Numbered from the stretch's first letter, positions 49,413-60,455 are shown. The stretch: DNA of 64,000 nucleotides from Podarcis muralis (GCF_964188315.1 NC_135667.1:9796001-9860000); one strand, 5' to 3'. The notes: generated by a model not told the origin, from the sequence alone. Translations and numbers: made by a program.

Positions 49413-50384
49413 TTAAATCGGCCTTTTCTTTTGCAAGGAGCCCCAAGCTTTTTGAGTGACCAACACCTTGTATTGTCTCAACACATCTTTCAGTGCCTGC
49501 TTCACAGTGTCATTTTTCAATGTGAAGATAAATGGGTTCAGAAAGGGGCAGACGATGGTGGTGAGAACGGCAGGCACTTTGTGAACTTCCAAGGTCTCTT
49601 TCTGAGAAGGTGTAACATAGATGAAGATGCTGATGCTGCAGGAGATGGAGATTATGGTCAGGTGTGAAGCACAGGTGTTGAAAGCCTTGGCCCGGCCAGT
49701 GGTGCTGGAGATGTGCATTACCGCTGAGATGATGAACATGTAGGAAAACAGAGTCACAGTTAATGAGCATATGATGACAACAGCAGACAGAAAAAAGTCC
49801 ATCAGCTCAATGAAACTGGTATCGCTGCACGACAGTTCCAGCAGTGGACCGCTGTCACAAAAGAAATGATTGATGACGTTGGACCTACAGAATGACAATC
49901 TGGTGATCAGGATGGTGGGAAAGAGGACCGAGAGGAATCCACCCAGCCAGGAACCCACCAGCATTTGAATGCACACCTGGCTGTTCATAATGGCATGATA
50001 CTGCAGGGGCCTGCAAATGGCAGCATATCGGTCAAAGGACATGGAAGTCAAGAGGATGAACTCCACCGTGCCCAGAAAGAAGTAGAAATAGGATTGGGTC
50101 ATGCAGCCAGCAAAAGAAATGGATTTGTCGTTGGAAAAGAGGTTCCACAGCAACTGTGGGCTGATGGCCGAGGTGAAGAAGATATCTAGGGCAGCAAAGT
50201 TGCCAAGGAAGAAGTACATTGGGGTGTGGAGCCGGGTGTCCACCAACACCACAAAGAGGATGACCATGTTGCCCAGCACGGTCACAACGTAGAGGACCAA
50301 AAAGAAGAGGGCGAGAAGGATCTCTTCATGGCGGTCAATGGAGAAGCCCAGCAGGATGAATTCAGACACGCTCTGGTTCTCCAT
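49413..50384 (-). CDS. Olfactory receptor, OR6M/6V/9A-like ('OR9'), 323 aa
   Basis: Starts MENQSVSEF; QSYFYFFLGTVEFILL, MSFDRYAAIC, PFLNPFIFTLKN; ttcaag acceptor at 50418-50419. Confidence 0.96.
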   Translation of the reverse strand: MENQSVSEFILLGFSIDRHEEILLALFFLVLYVVTVLGNMVILFVVLVDTRLHTPMYFFLGNFAALDIFFTSAISPQLLWNLFSNDKSISFAGCMTQSYFYFFLGTVEFILLTSMSFDRYAAICRPLQYHAIMNSQVCIQMLVGSWLGGFLSVLFPTILITRLSFCRSNVINHFFCDSGPLLELSCSDTSFIELMDFFLSAVVIICSLTVTLFSYMFIISAVMHISSTTGRAKAFNTCASHLTIISISCSISIFIYVTPSQKETLEVHKVPAVLTTIVCPFLNPFIFTLKNDTVKQALKDVLRQYKVLVTQKAWGSLQKKRPI

Positions 50385-51019
50385 CAGACTTTCCACTCGT
50401 CACTCTCAGCACATTTTCTTGAAGGAACAGTAGAATGGTGAGAGTCAGAACTTTGAACCCAAAACACAGGTGGTGCTTTACAATCCTTATTCACCTTTCC
50501 CACCACACTTTTTAGGCATTTATTTGGGATGGGATATAAATCTACTAAATGACTAATCAAATACACAATTATGACAAACATGAACATTTACTTACTGAAG
50601 CAAGCAAAAATCCAGTCATGTCCAATACTGGATTTGTAGGCATGGTTGCAAGGAAGATGCTTCTAGATACTCAATGTTATTTTGTGTTCTGTCAAGAAAC
50701 CTGCTGTCTGTCTATCAAACTGGATTTGTAAAATACTCCATTCTTCAACCCTCTTTAATCTCAGCTGTCCATGTTTTCTTAAAAGATGAACTCTACTGAA
50801 AAATCTTCCTCCTGCCATGCTCTGTGGCAAGTAACCCACCCATTTGTAGTTAGAATTGAATTGTTCCCAATGTGTGCAAATGAGAGAGGACAGGTTTGAG
50901 GAATCCCATTTAGTAATGCATTGAGAGTCTGAAATCATTAGTGGGGCTCTAGAGAGACAGACTCCAGGGATATTGTTAGAATAATTCTCTAATACAAAGG
51001 TTGATGTGACAGACTTAAA

Positions 51020-51377
51020 GGGACGTGGGTGGCACTGTGGGTAAAAGCCTCAGCGCCTAGGGCTTGCCGATCGAAAGGTCGGCGGTTCGAATCCCCGCGG
51101 CGGGGTGCGCTCCCGCTGCTCGGTCCCAGCGCCTGCCAACCTAGCAGTTCGAAAGCACCCCCGGGTGCAAGTAGATAAATAGGGACCACTTACTAGCGGG
51201 AAGGTAAATGGCGTTTCCGTGTGTGGCTCTGGCTTGCCAGAGCAGCGATGTCACGCTGGCCACGTGACCCGGAAGTGTCTCCGGACAGCGCTGGCCCCCG
51301 GCCTCTTGAGTGAGATGGGCGCACAACCCTAGAGTCTGTCAAGACTGGCCCATACGGGCAGGGGTACCTTTACCTTT
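51020..51377 (+). mobile_element. Sauria SINE, full length, flanked by a 59-bp duplication
   Basis: Complete element; direct repeats at 50950-51008 and 51378-51436. Confidence 0.95.
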
Positions 51378-51492
51378 TAGAGAGACAGACTCCAGGGATA
51401 TTGTTAGAATAATTCTCTAATACAAAGGTTGATGTGGTAGTCGATGAAATGGGAATTTCATTTAGTTCTTTTGAACCAGTTCCTTTCTAATG

Positions 51493-51494
<2 letters not shown>

Positions 51495-51530
<36 letters not shown>
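51495..51530. repeat. (ATC)n microsatellite
   Basis: Seen directly. Confidence 0.98.
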
Positions 51531-51534
<4 letters not shown>

Positions 51535-52677
51535 TCTTCCTTTTATCAATGTACTGTGTTGGAATGAGTGTTCAATTTCAGGTGGAGAGTTCTGGACTCA
51601 AAAAAATGGTCGTCTTCTATGAAATGCACTGGGTGGCCTTGGGATCATCACTACGTGTATCTCAGCCAAATTTACATCACAGGGATCCTGAGTGGAAAGG
51701 AGCATTGGAATAGAACACAGCCCTGTTGCATCAAGTCAAAGGCCCATCTAGTCAAGAATTGTGTTCTCACTGTGGCCAGCTAGATACCCATAGGAATAAC
51801 TGCACAATAGAATGTGAACACAACACAAGTTGTCATTCCCAGTGACTGGTGTTCAGGTGCATACTGCCTCTGATGGTTGGGGCAGAACATAGACACTGTG
51901 GATAGTGAATAGCCCTTGTAGTCTTCATGAGTTTGTCTAATCCTCTTTTAAAGCTATCCATTTGCTCGGTCAGGATGCTTGCTCTTCTGGGAGCAACTTC
52001 CTTAAAATGGAAAACTGGGAGCAGGGGGTCAAAGCCTTGCAGCAGTGTCAGACAGAAAGAAGTTGAGTTATTCTCTGGCTCAAATCAAGATCCAAGCCAG
52101 AGAAGAACTCAGGGGATTATAGTGTTCCAACTTACATTCAAGATGAGTTTTATGAGTTGCTAAGAATCATAAGCCAAGTAAAGGAATATTCATATCATGT
52201 CTCTAATATTTTGCCAGATGAATAGGATGAGATGTGATGAGAATTCAGTGCATACTCAAAGGTATGCAGTACCAGCACTTTTTTTCTATTAAAAAGCACT
52301 GTTTCAAAGAATGCCTATACTTGCACCATACAAGAATTGGGCATGCAAACTTTAAATCAGTTCAAATCAACATAAATGTCATTTTGTGAAAGTTAGCAAG
52401 AATATCTATGACAGTCTTCCACCTCAAATTCTTCCCTTGAGAGATTCTTCTCCTTTCTCTCTCCCGCTACCTGCAATTCCAGGCCAACATTTCTTGTATA
52501 TCAGCAACTGCGCCTGACACACACACAAAATGACTCATTTTGTGTGTTGACCACAAGGGGACAGTCCTTCTCAGTGTACTCAATTCAAACTTTCAGCTAC
52601 TCATCTGGACCATTCAACATGTGTGAATCATGGTCTGGGGCTAGGGTCTGACAGTACATAGTGCAGCAACTTTGTTG

Positions 52678-52745
52678 AAGCTAAGCAAGTCCAGGACTGG
52701 TCAGTGCCTGGATGGGAGACCTCCTGGAAACCATATGAATGCTGA
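52678..52745 (+). mobile_element. 5S rRNA-derived SINE fragment
   Basis: gaagctaagc...ctggtcagtgcctggatgggagacc matches the 5S internal control region; related minus-strand copy near 46130-46240. Confidence 0.55.
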
Positions 52746-53000
52746 ATGGAGTTTAAGACATTTGAGATGTAAAATGTATTTATTAACCTAGAAGTAGAAG
52801 CAAATAAATGGAACTGAAAGTGATTCTTGGGTTACATTGAGTAAATCATCTTGCTCTGGGGGAGAAAGAAGAATATACTTGTTTCATAAATAGAAATTAG
52901 TCCAACATTGCCTTGAAGGTACTCAGTGAAGGAGCTCCCATCCTTCCCTGTGGAAATGTAGCAGGACCCCCAAGACCTACATCCGGTCACACCAGCAGCT

Positions 53001-53999
53001 TCACATCTCACCCGCCACAATTTTGTGAAAGTTCTTGCCAGTCTTTTCCTTTACTTCTTCCTTGAGGCACAGTCCTCTCTTCCTTGCAACATCTCGAAGG
53101 GCTTCCTTGACCTTCTCATTCCGCAGGGTGTAGATGAAGGGGTTGAGCGATGGGGCTACCACACTAGTCAATAGAGCCACCACTTTGTCCACCCTTTCAG
53201 TATAGGTGTGTGTGGTGCGGACATGCATGAAGATGTGGCTGCCGTATACTATGGTGACCACAACCATGTGGGAGGCGCAAGTGGAGAAGGCCTTGCTTCG
53301 ACCTTGCATGGAGGGGATCCTCAGAACAGCCAGGGTGATCAAACAATAGGAGATGACAGTCAGAACCAAAGATCCGAGGATGAGCCCCCCAGCCAGAACC
53401 AAGTTGATGGTCTCCACCCATTCGGTATCGGTGCAAGCCAGGTTCACCAAGGGCGTGCGGTCGCAGAAGAAATGGTTGATGACGTTGGAGTCACAGTAGG
53501 GTAGACCAGTGACCATGATGAGCGGGCCAAGGATAGTGAAGAAGGCTGCTACCCATGTCCCACAGACCAGCTTAAGGCAGAACTTCCTGGTCATCAGTGC
53601 TGGGTAGCGCAAGGGGTTGCACACGGCTTGATAGCGGTCAAAGGACATGACTCCTAAAAGCAAGAACTCAGCAGCCCCGAGGAGAAAGTAGAAGTAACAT
53701 TGAGTCATGCAACCAGCGAAGGAGATGGTGTGGCTTCCCCAGAGGAACCCGGCCAAAAGCTTAGGCACCGTCACCGTCGTGAACCAAATTTCTGCAAAGG
53801 AGAAATTGCGGAGGAAGAAGTACATGGGGCTCTGCAGGCGATGGTCGGACAGAGTGATGCAGATGATGACCGTGTTCCCTGAGAGTGTGATGAGGTAGTT
53901 GGTCAACACCAGGAAGAAGAGAAGCAACTGTGTGGAAGGTTCTGTGGGGAAGCCCACCAGGTAGAACTCCCGCACGGCTGAAGAATTGGCATAAGGCAT
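53001..53999 (-). CDS. Olfactory receptor, OR6M-like ('OR10'), 332 aa
   Basis: Starts MPYANSS; [46 protein letters not shown]; cctacag acceptor at 54026-54027. Confidence 0.96.
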   Translation of the reverse strand: MPYANSSAVREFYLVGFPTEPSTQLLLFFLVLTNYLITLSGNTVIICITLSDHRLQSPMYFFLRNFSFAEIWFTTVTVPKLLAGFLWGSHTISFAGCMTQCYFYFLLGAAEFLLLGVMSFDRYQAVCNPLRYPALMTRKFCLKLVCGTWVAAFFTILGPLIMVTGLPYCDSNVINHFFCDRTPLVNLACTDTEWVETINLVLAGGLILGSLVLTVISYCLITLAVLRIPSMQGRSKAFSTCASHMVVVTIVYGSHIFMHVRTTHTYTERVDKVVALLTSVVAPSLNPFIYTLRNEKVKEALRDVARKRGLCLKEEVKEKTGKNFHKIVAGEM

Positions 54000-54483
54000 G
54001 GATGGATGGTGGGCTCTGGTCTTTTCTGTAGGGGCAAAACAAAATTCGCAAATGACATTCAACTCTGGATGGGGGAGAAATCAGATTGTGTTCACGTTTA
54101 ATTTGAGTTTCCTGAAACTTTGCCCTCGTATATGCATTTTGGTACACATTACTGGGCTGAAGAATTGCGTTGCAAATTTCAGAGAAGTATGGCTGTGCTT
54201 CAAATCACATTTCATTCTAGAAAGTGCACATTGGGCAGGTTTACCTTTAAATGTGAATTGAATGGGTTTCTGCCCCATCCCTTGCTGAGCCCCAGCTCTC
54301 TAACTAAGATCTGTTCTACCTTCAAGAGGCTTGGGATGCTCTGCTTGGTTTTGTGTGCTCACTAACAGTGTCAAGGGAGCCTGATGATTTGGAGGGAGCA
54401 GAAACCAAACTGTACATATTTTACCCTCTGACTCTAAGTACACCCCTGCAGATGTTCATCCCATTGAAATCAATGGCATTACC

Positions 54484-54793
54484 TCAACCAAGAGGGTAAA
54501 AACTTTATAAATGAATGGAAAAAAATTATAAACTATTTAGGAGACCACTGTAAGCAGAAGGAAACATTAGCGGGATTTTGATTTCACTTGTTGTGTACCA
54601 ATTACCATGGATAATTATGGATTGATATAAAAGTTGGAGTATCGAAGAATATGCAGTATTAAATGTTTAAAATTGCACCCCATGGAGGGGATGAGGGGAA
54701 GTCCTGAGATTCAGAGGAATCTCTGTTTATGGATTTATATTTGGATAACTTTGTATTTGTAAAGCCAAATAAAAATGTTTTCAAAAAAAGAGA
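54484..54793 (+). mobile_element. L1-like 3' end
   Basis: 18-bp TSD GAAATCAATGGCATTACC (54466-83, 54794-811); NQEGKNFINEWKKIINYLGDHCKQKETLAGF*; AATAAA plus A tail. Confidence 0.9.
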
Positions 54794-55078
54794 GAAATCA
54801 ATGGCATTACCCCCAACTGATGATGTGAGGAGCTTCTAGCAGGAAATGTCATTAGAACATTCCAATGAAATATATATCACATTGCTCATTATAATCCCTT
54901 ACCTCAAACAGGTGTGTATTCTACAGCATGGAGCAGATATATCTTTTGTAGAATTTGTTGTTGTTGTTGTTGTTTGCTGTGTTTAAACTACAATTTTATT
55001 TGTACAGCCCCTGGAGAGCTGTTTGATCAAGTAAATGTGGCTCCTTTTTTTGTCAGTGAGCCAGTAAATGTGTTAGAA

Positions 55079-55293
55079 CATGGGTAAGCAAACTAAGGTC
55101 TGGGGGCTGGATCAGGCCCAATCGCCTTCTAAATCCGGCCTGCGGACAGTCTGGGAATCAGCGTGTTTTAACATGAGTAGAATGTGTCCTTTTATTTAAA
55201 ATGTATCTCTGGGTTATTTGTGGGGCCTGCCTGGTGTTTTTACATGAGTAGAATGTGTGCTTTTATTTAAAATGCATCTCTGGGTTATTTGTG
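55079..55293. mobile_element. hAT MITE left arm with internal ~60-bp tandem duplication
   Basis: catgggtaagcaaact start; repeat units 55163-55222 and 55234-55293; right end missing. An unrelated hAT arm lies at about 57017-57082. Confidence 0.65.
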
Positions 55294-56052
55294 TTTTCTA
55301 CATCTGCACATATACAATTCAGTGCTCTGTGTGAATAGAGCCCAAGGTCAGCAGGTCGACCTGAATATTTGCATTTTACCTGTGTGTGTTTGGGGTGAGA
55401 AACAAAGAGAGATGCAATTCTGTTATGTACATTTAAGGGAAGGGCCACACCTCAGTGATATAACATCTGCCTTACATGCAGAAGGTCTCAAGTTCAACCC
55501 CCAGTATCTTTAGATAGAGCGCTTCTGCCTGTCAGTGTAGCCAGTACTGAGTATAAAGGATCAATAGCCTGACTCAGTATAAGAGAGATTCCTATGCTCC
55601 TAAAAAAGAAAGTCACAGGTGATCTGGGATTCTATTGAGAACCGCAAAAAAACAACTGTATGTCATTCTCCTCCCTCTCTCTCTCATTCTCTCCTTTCAC
55701 ACAGATAGATCAGAGCAGAAAGAGATGATGGAATAGTTATGTGCTGGTTTGTCCTCCTTAAAAACCTTTTCTCTATGGAACAGGCACTTGACAAATGTTC
55801 CATAATGTTCATTCCATATTTGTGAGACTTCCAATTGATATTAGGCAGGTACTTTCATCAGACTGTTCCAACGCTTGCTGAAACCTTTGGATTCGTGCAA
55901 GCCAAACTTGATTTTATGTGCATTTGCACTTAAACACTGTTGATTTTAGCTATATTTTGATCATTTTATTATGTCAATTGTTCTACAAGTCTGCTTTTAT
56001 TGCTATATATATATATTTAGGATTGTTTTTAGTCATCTTAGTAAACCATATA

Positions 56053-56300
56053 CAGTGGTACAGTGGATCCGTTCTGGAGCCCCGTTCGCATCCAGGAGCA
56101 AACGTAACTAGCGACGGCACGTCTGCGCACACGCGCGTTGCTTTTTGCCGCTTCTGCTCATGCGCGTGACATCATTTTGAGCGTCTGCGCATGCGCAAGT
56201 GGCGAAACCTGGAAGTAACGCACTCCATTACTTCTGGGTTGCCACGGAGCGCAACTCGAATGCACTCAACCCAAAGCGCATTCAACCCGAGGTATGACTG
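56053..56300. mobile_element. Tigger-like MITE, variant with partial deletion
   Basis: TA|cagtggtac left end; gaggtatgactg right end. Confidence 0.7.
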
Positions 56301-56636
56301 CATCTCTTTCTGAGTAAAGGCCAAAATACAATTCTGCCTGACAGGACCAAGGTCGCAATATTGTTCTACCAATCCATTGCCATGGTAAGAGTTTTCTTAC
56401 CATGTTGTAAAGAAAAGATTGAGTGGGAGTTGGTCATTTCAAGATTCCCCATACTCCAGGGTTGATTGCCAGCCAGGATGGGTCACACCAGAAGAGCAGG
56501 CATGTCCAAAGTCCATTTTGGGGGCTGTCTTTATCCAGCCTTTGTGGCAGTTTATTTATTGGGGTCAAATCCTTTAAAAAGCTCAACAAGCTCATTCTTT
56601 AAAAAAAAAAACTTCAATCCTAAAAAAAAACTTTGG

Positions 56637-56991
56637 GGTAAGGTAAAGGTAAAGGGACCCCTGACCACTAGGTCCAGTCGTGACCGACTCTGGGGTTGCG
56701 ATGCTCATCTCGCTTTATTGGCTGAGGCAGCCAGTATACAGCTTCCGGGTCATGAGGCCAGCATGGCAAAGCCACTTCTGACGAACCAGAGCAGCACACG
56801 GAAACGCTGTTTTACCTTCCTGCAGCAGTGGTACCTATTTATCTGCTCGCACTGGTGTCCTTTTGAACTGCAAGGTTGACAGGAGCAGAGACTGAGCAAC
56901 GGGAGCTCACCCCGTCGCGGGGATTTGAACCGCCGACCTTCTGATCGGCAAGCCCTAGGCTTTGGTTTAACCCACAGCACCACCCACATCC
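56637..56991 (-). mobile_element. Sauria SINE, full length
   Basis: Reverse complement of the 2820 copy. Confidence 0.95.
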
Positions 56992-57785
56992 TACTAAAAT
57001 CGTTAAAAAAAAAAAAGTTGGCCCTCATGCATGTTCACTTCATCAAATCTGGCCCTCTTTGAAAAAAGTTTGGGCACCCCTGCACTAGAGAGACCATAGC
57101 AATTCCACATACCTACCCTAGTGCTCACAGCCAAGATCACCCCTCAGAAGCTGTTTTGTCTTCCGTCACAGAGGCTGGGTGAGCAACGTCAGTAGCAAGG
57201 TGATGTCTTGACAAAAGAGGAAAAGGATGATGAACTGTGTGCATATGAGAGACATAGGCAGATGGATTAGAATGGGGCTCAGCATCAGCGTCTTAGCGTC
57301 TTAATGCTTCAGTGCGGATCGTTTCCCTGATTTCAGAAGAGTTTAAAGGAAGCAATTCTCCAGGGGCAGAAATCCCAATAGAAAAGTGGCTGTTGAAAAA
57401 AAGATGAAGTATGTAAAGCTAATCTAGGATTCATTGGCCCGAGATGTTGACATGATAAATTTATTGCTTGAATGTGCAGAAGAGCCCTGCATTTAAGTGA
57501 TCAGAGACCTTAAGCTACAGTTCCATGAAAATATTAAATATTACATATATAGCTATCCCTTCCTTCAAGGATGCATGGTTCCCCCCCCCCCAACTGCATT
57601 ATATATTCACAACACCCCTGTGAGGTATATTGGATTGAGGTGGGCTGCACAGTTTCTTGTGTAGGCTTGAAGATGCTCGAGAACTGGAGTTTTAACTCTG
57701 TAACAGAGCTAGGAAGACCACAGTGCCAAGCTCCAGAGAGCTGTGTCCTCCATCACAGTTTCACAGAATTCCATGCAGTCCCAGA

Positions 57786-58144
57786 GGAAGCGGGTGGCGC
57801 TGTGGGTTAAACCACAGAGCCTAGGACTTGCTGATCAGAAGGTCGGCGGTTTGAATCCCCACGACAGGGTGAGCTCCTGTTGCTCAGTCCCTGCTCCTGC
57901 CAACCTAGAGTTCGAAAGCACGTCAAAGTGCAAGTAGATAAATAGGTACCGCTCTGGCGGGAAGGTAAACGGCGTTTCTGTGTGCTGCTCTGGTTCGCCA
58001 GAAGTGGCTTAGTCATGCTGGCCACATGACCCGGAAGCTGTACTCCAGCTCCCTCAGCCTATAGAACGAGATGAGCGCCGCAACCCCTAAGTCAGCCATG
58101 ACTGGACCTAATGGTCAGGGGTCCCTTTACCTTTACCTTTTACC
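57786..58144 (+). mobile_element. Sauria SINE, full length
   Basis: Complete element; ccagagg repeated at both ends. Confidence 0.95.
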
Positions 58145-58639
58145 AGAGGCAAAGCACTCTGGGAAATAAAGATGGTGACCAGAACAACACAGGAAACTAA
58201 GAAAAGCCCTGCTAGATCAAGCCAAAGGCTCATTTAGTCCAGCACCCTGTTCTTCACAGTGGCCAACCAGATGCCTGAACGCAGGATGTGAGCAAAGGAT
58301 GTGGTATTTTCAGAGGCATAAGACTTAGAACAGTGGAGGGAGAATATAGCCATTGTGGTACATAGCCATTGATATCCACAATGGACTGTCTGGTGCTTTG
58401 CTCTGCAATGCACCAACTTGGTTTTAAAAAAAGAGGAAAGACATTGTGGTTGACTGCCACTAAGGGGATGGAGTTATTTTGGGATGCCCTTGAGCCATAC
58501 TGGTGCCACTGGTTCCACACAACAAAACAGTCCTTTGTGTAACATCAGCATCTTGCAATATGCTGCCTTATGGTCCATTGTCTTTAACATTCAATGCTTT
58601 TACACCTTGCATTGATGTATCCATTGGGGTCTAGTAATT

Positions 58640-59003
58640 TATAATAATATTTTATTATTTATACCCCCATCCACCTGGCTGGGTTTCCCCAGCCACTCTG
58701 GGTGGCTCCCAACAGAAATAATAATAATAATAGCGATGAAACATCAAACATTAAAAACTTCCCTAAACAGGGCTGCCTTCAGATGTCTTCTAAAAGTCAG
58801 ATAGTTGTTTATTTCCTTGACATCTGATGGGAGGGTATTCCACAGGGCGGGCGCCACCACCAAAAAGGCCCTCTGCCTGGTTCCCTGTAACCTCACTTCT
58901 CGCAGGTAGGGAACCGCCAGAAGGCCCTCAGAGCTGGACCTCAGTGTCCAGGTTGAACGATAGGGGTGGAGACACTCCTTCAGGTATACTGGACTGAGAC
59001 TGT
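58640..59003 (-). mobile_element. L2 LINE 3' end
   Basis: LQGTRQRAFLVVAPALWNTLP; homologous to 41308-41672. Confidence 0.85.
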
Positions 59004-59164
59004 AAATGGGGATAAATGGTGTTGGACTCCAGGAAATCAAAGTTGCTCAAATTCAGCTCAGAGTCTCCGCTTGACCTCGTGATGCTATCTACAGTTGAAA
59101 TGTACCACCTTTCTGGAATCACTAGAGTAGTAAGTTCCTTTGAACTATGCTGGATGTTGCACCT

Positions 59165-59670
59165 GAGAATATAATTAGTAATGAGCTACAAAACTTTGGT
59201 CTAAGATCCTCATTCCCTTAAGAAATTGCCCAATTAAACTTTGTGGTGAACTTCTTTTAAACAAAAAAACAGGACTGGGAGCTAGCAGCTCATAGACCTA
59301 ATTAAGAGCAAAGGATCCCCTGGGTCAAAGAATATCCCTGGACAGGTGATCTTCTCCTTAATTAGAAGGAGTTTGTTTTTTCCCCAGTCCCCCTTAGTTT
59401 ATTTTAGGGGAAAAGGAGAGTTTCCACAGATTTTAAAAGTCCCACCTGAGCATGGTTCTGCTTCCCCCTCCCACTGTCTACGGATGAAATAATCCTATTT
59501 CTTTTATGTTTCTTTCTATCACTGCCAACAAACTGCTAGTAGAATAAGCATCCACTGTCCTAAGCCACCCCTAATATGGTGAGGGCTTGTAGACTTGTCC
59601 GTCATGCACAGCAGTTAGGCATGTATTGCTTCAAAACACTTTGGCCCTGACTTTCATTAAAAATATATTC
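59165..59670. promoter_or_regulatory. Candidate OR enhancer or OR10 promoter (homeodomain plus O/E motif cluster)
   Basis: TAATTA at 59172, 59299, 59359; TAATGA at 59179; CAATTA at 59231; TCCCCTGGG at 59316; TTTTTAATGA on minus strand at 59654-63. Confidence 0.45.
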
Positions 59671-59676
59671 AAAATA

Positions 59677-59902
59677 CAGTGGTACCTTGGGTTACATACG
59701 CTTCAGGTTACAGACTCCGCTAACCCAGAAATATTACCTCGGGTTAAGAACTTTGCTTCAGGATAAGAACAGAAATCATGCTCCGGCAGCGTGGCGGCAG
59801 CAGGAGGCCCCATTAGCTAAAGCGGTGCTTCAGGTTAAGAACAGTTTCAGGTTAAAAATGGACCTCTGGAACGAATTAGGTACTTAACCCGAGGTACCAC
59901 TG
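59677..59902. mobile_element. Tigger-like MITE
   Basis: TA-flanked terminal inverted repeats. Confidence 0.92.
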
Positions 59903-60118
59903 TATATTCAATTGCATATATTTGTGTGCACCTCACTGTGTTTACCCAGGGTTGGGTGTCCATGGAATGAAGGTCTAACGTTTGGCCTATTTTCCTCCAT
60001 CCTAGAATGAGTGGCGTATCACCAGGTGAGGCGGAAAAGGGGCTCAATTTTAAGATGCTGGTGATGGATACTTAGCTGAGCAGCTAAGGCCACTAGCTAA
60101 CAAATAAGCCTTCCTATA

Positions 60119-60455
60119 TGGTGGTGGTGGTGGTGGTGGTGGTGGTGATGATGATGATGATGATGATGATGCCACATATCTGACTGGTTTGCCCAAGCCA
60201 CTCTAGGCAACTTCCAGTAAATTGCAAAACCTCAAACATTAACACCTTCCCTACGCACGGCTGCATTCAAATGTCTTCTAAAAGTCCGTTGTTATTCTGT
60301 TTGACATCTGATGGGAGGGTGTTCCATGGGGCTGGCGCCACTGCCAAGAAGGCCTTCTACCTGGTTCCTGGTAACCTCACTTCTCTCAATGAGGGAATTG
60401 CCAGAAGGCTCTCAGATCTGGATCTCAGGCTGACCAATGGGGTTGGAGATTGGTT
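60119..60455 (-). mobile_element. L2 LINE 3' end, older copy
   Basis: Homologous to the other L2 copies; (GGT)n(GAT)n tail on the plus strand. Confidence 0.75.

Noticed and set aside
49520-49545. NPFIF in place of NPxxY in OR9 as a novelty
   Set aside because: From recall, the same variant occurs in human OR9A and OR6T1 proteins, so it is a subfamily trait.
52678-52745. 5S rRNA gene; tRNA genes at SINE heads
   Set aside because: Partial, diverged and embedded in SINE bodies; no complete 5S or cloverleaf could be supported.
55163-55293. Direct repeat with a spacer, superficially CRISPR-like
   Set aside because: Only two units, inside a hAT MITE arm of a vertebrate genome; an internal duplication.
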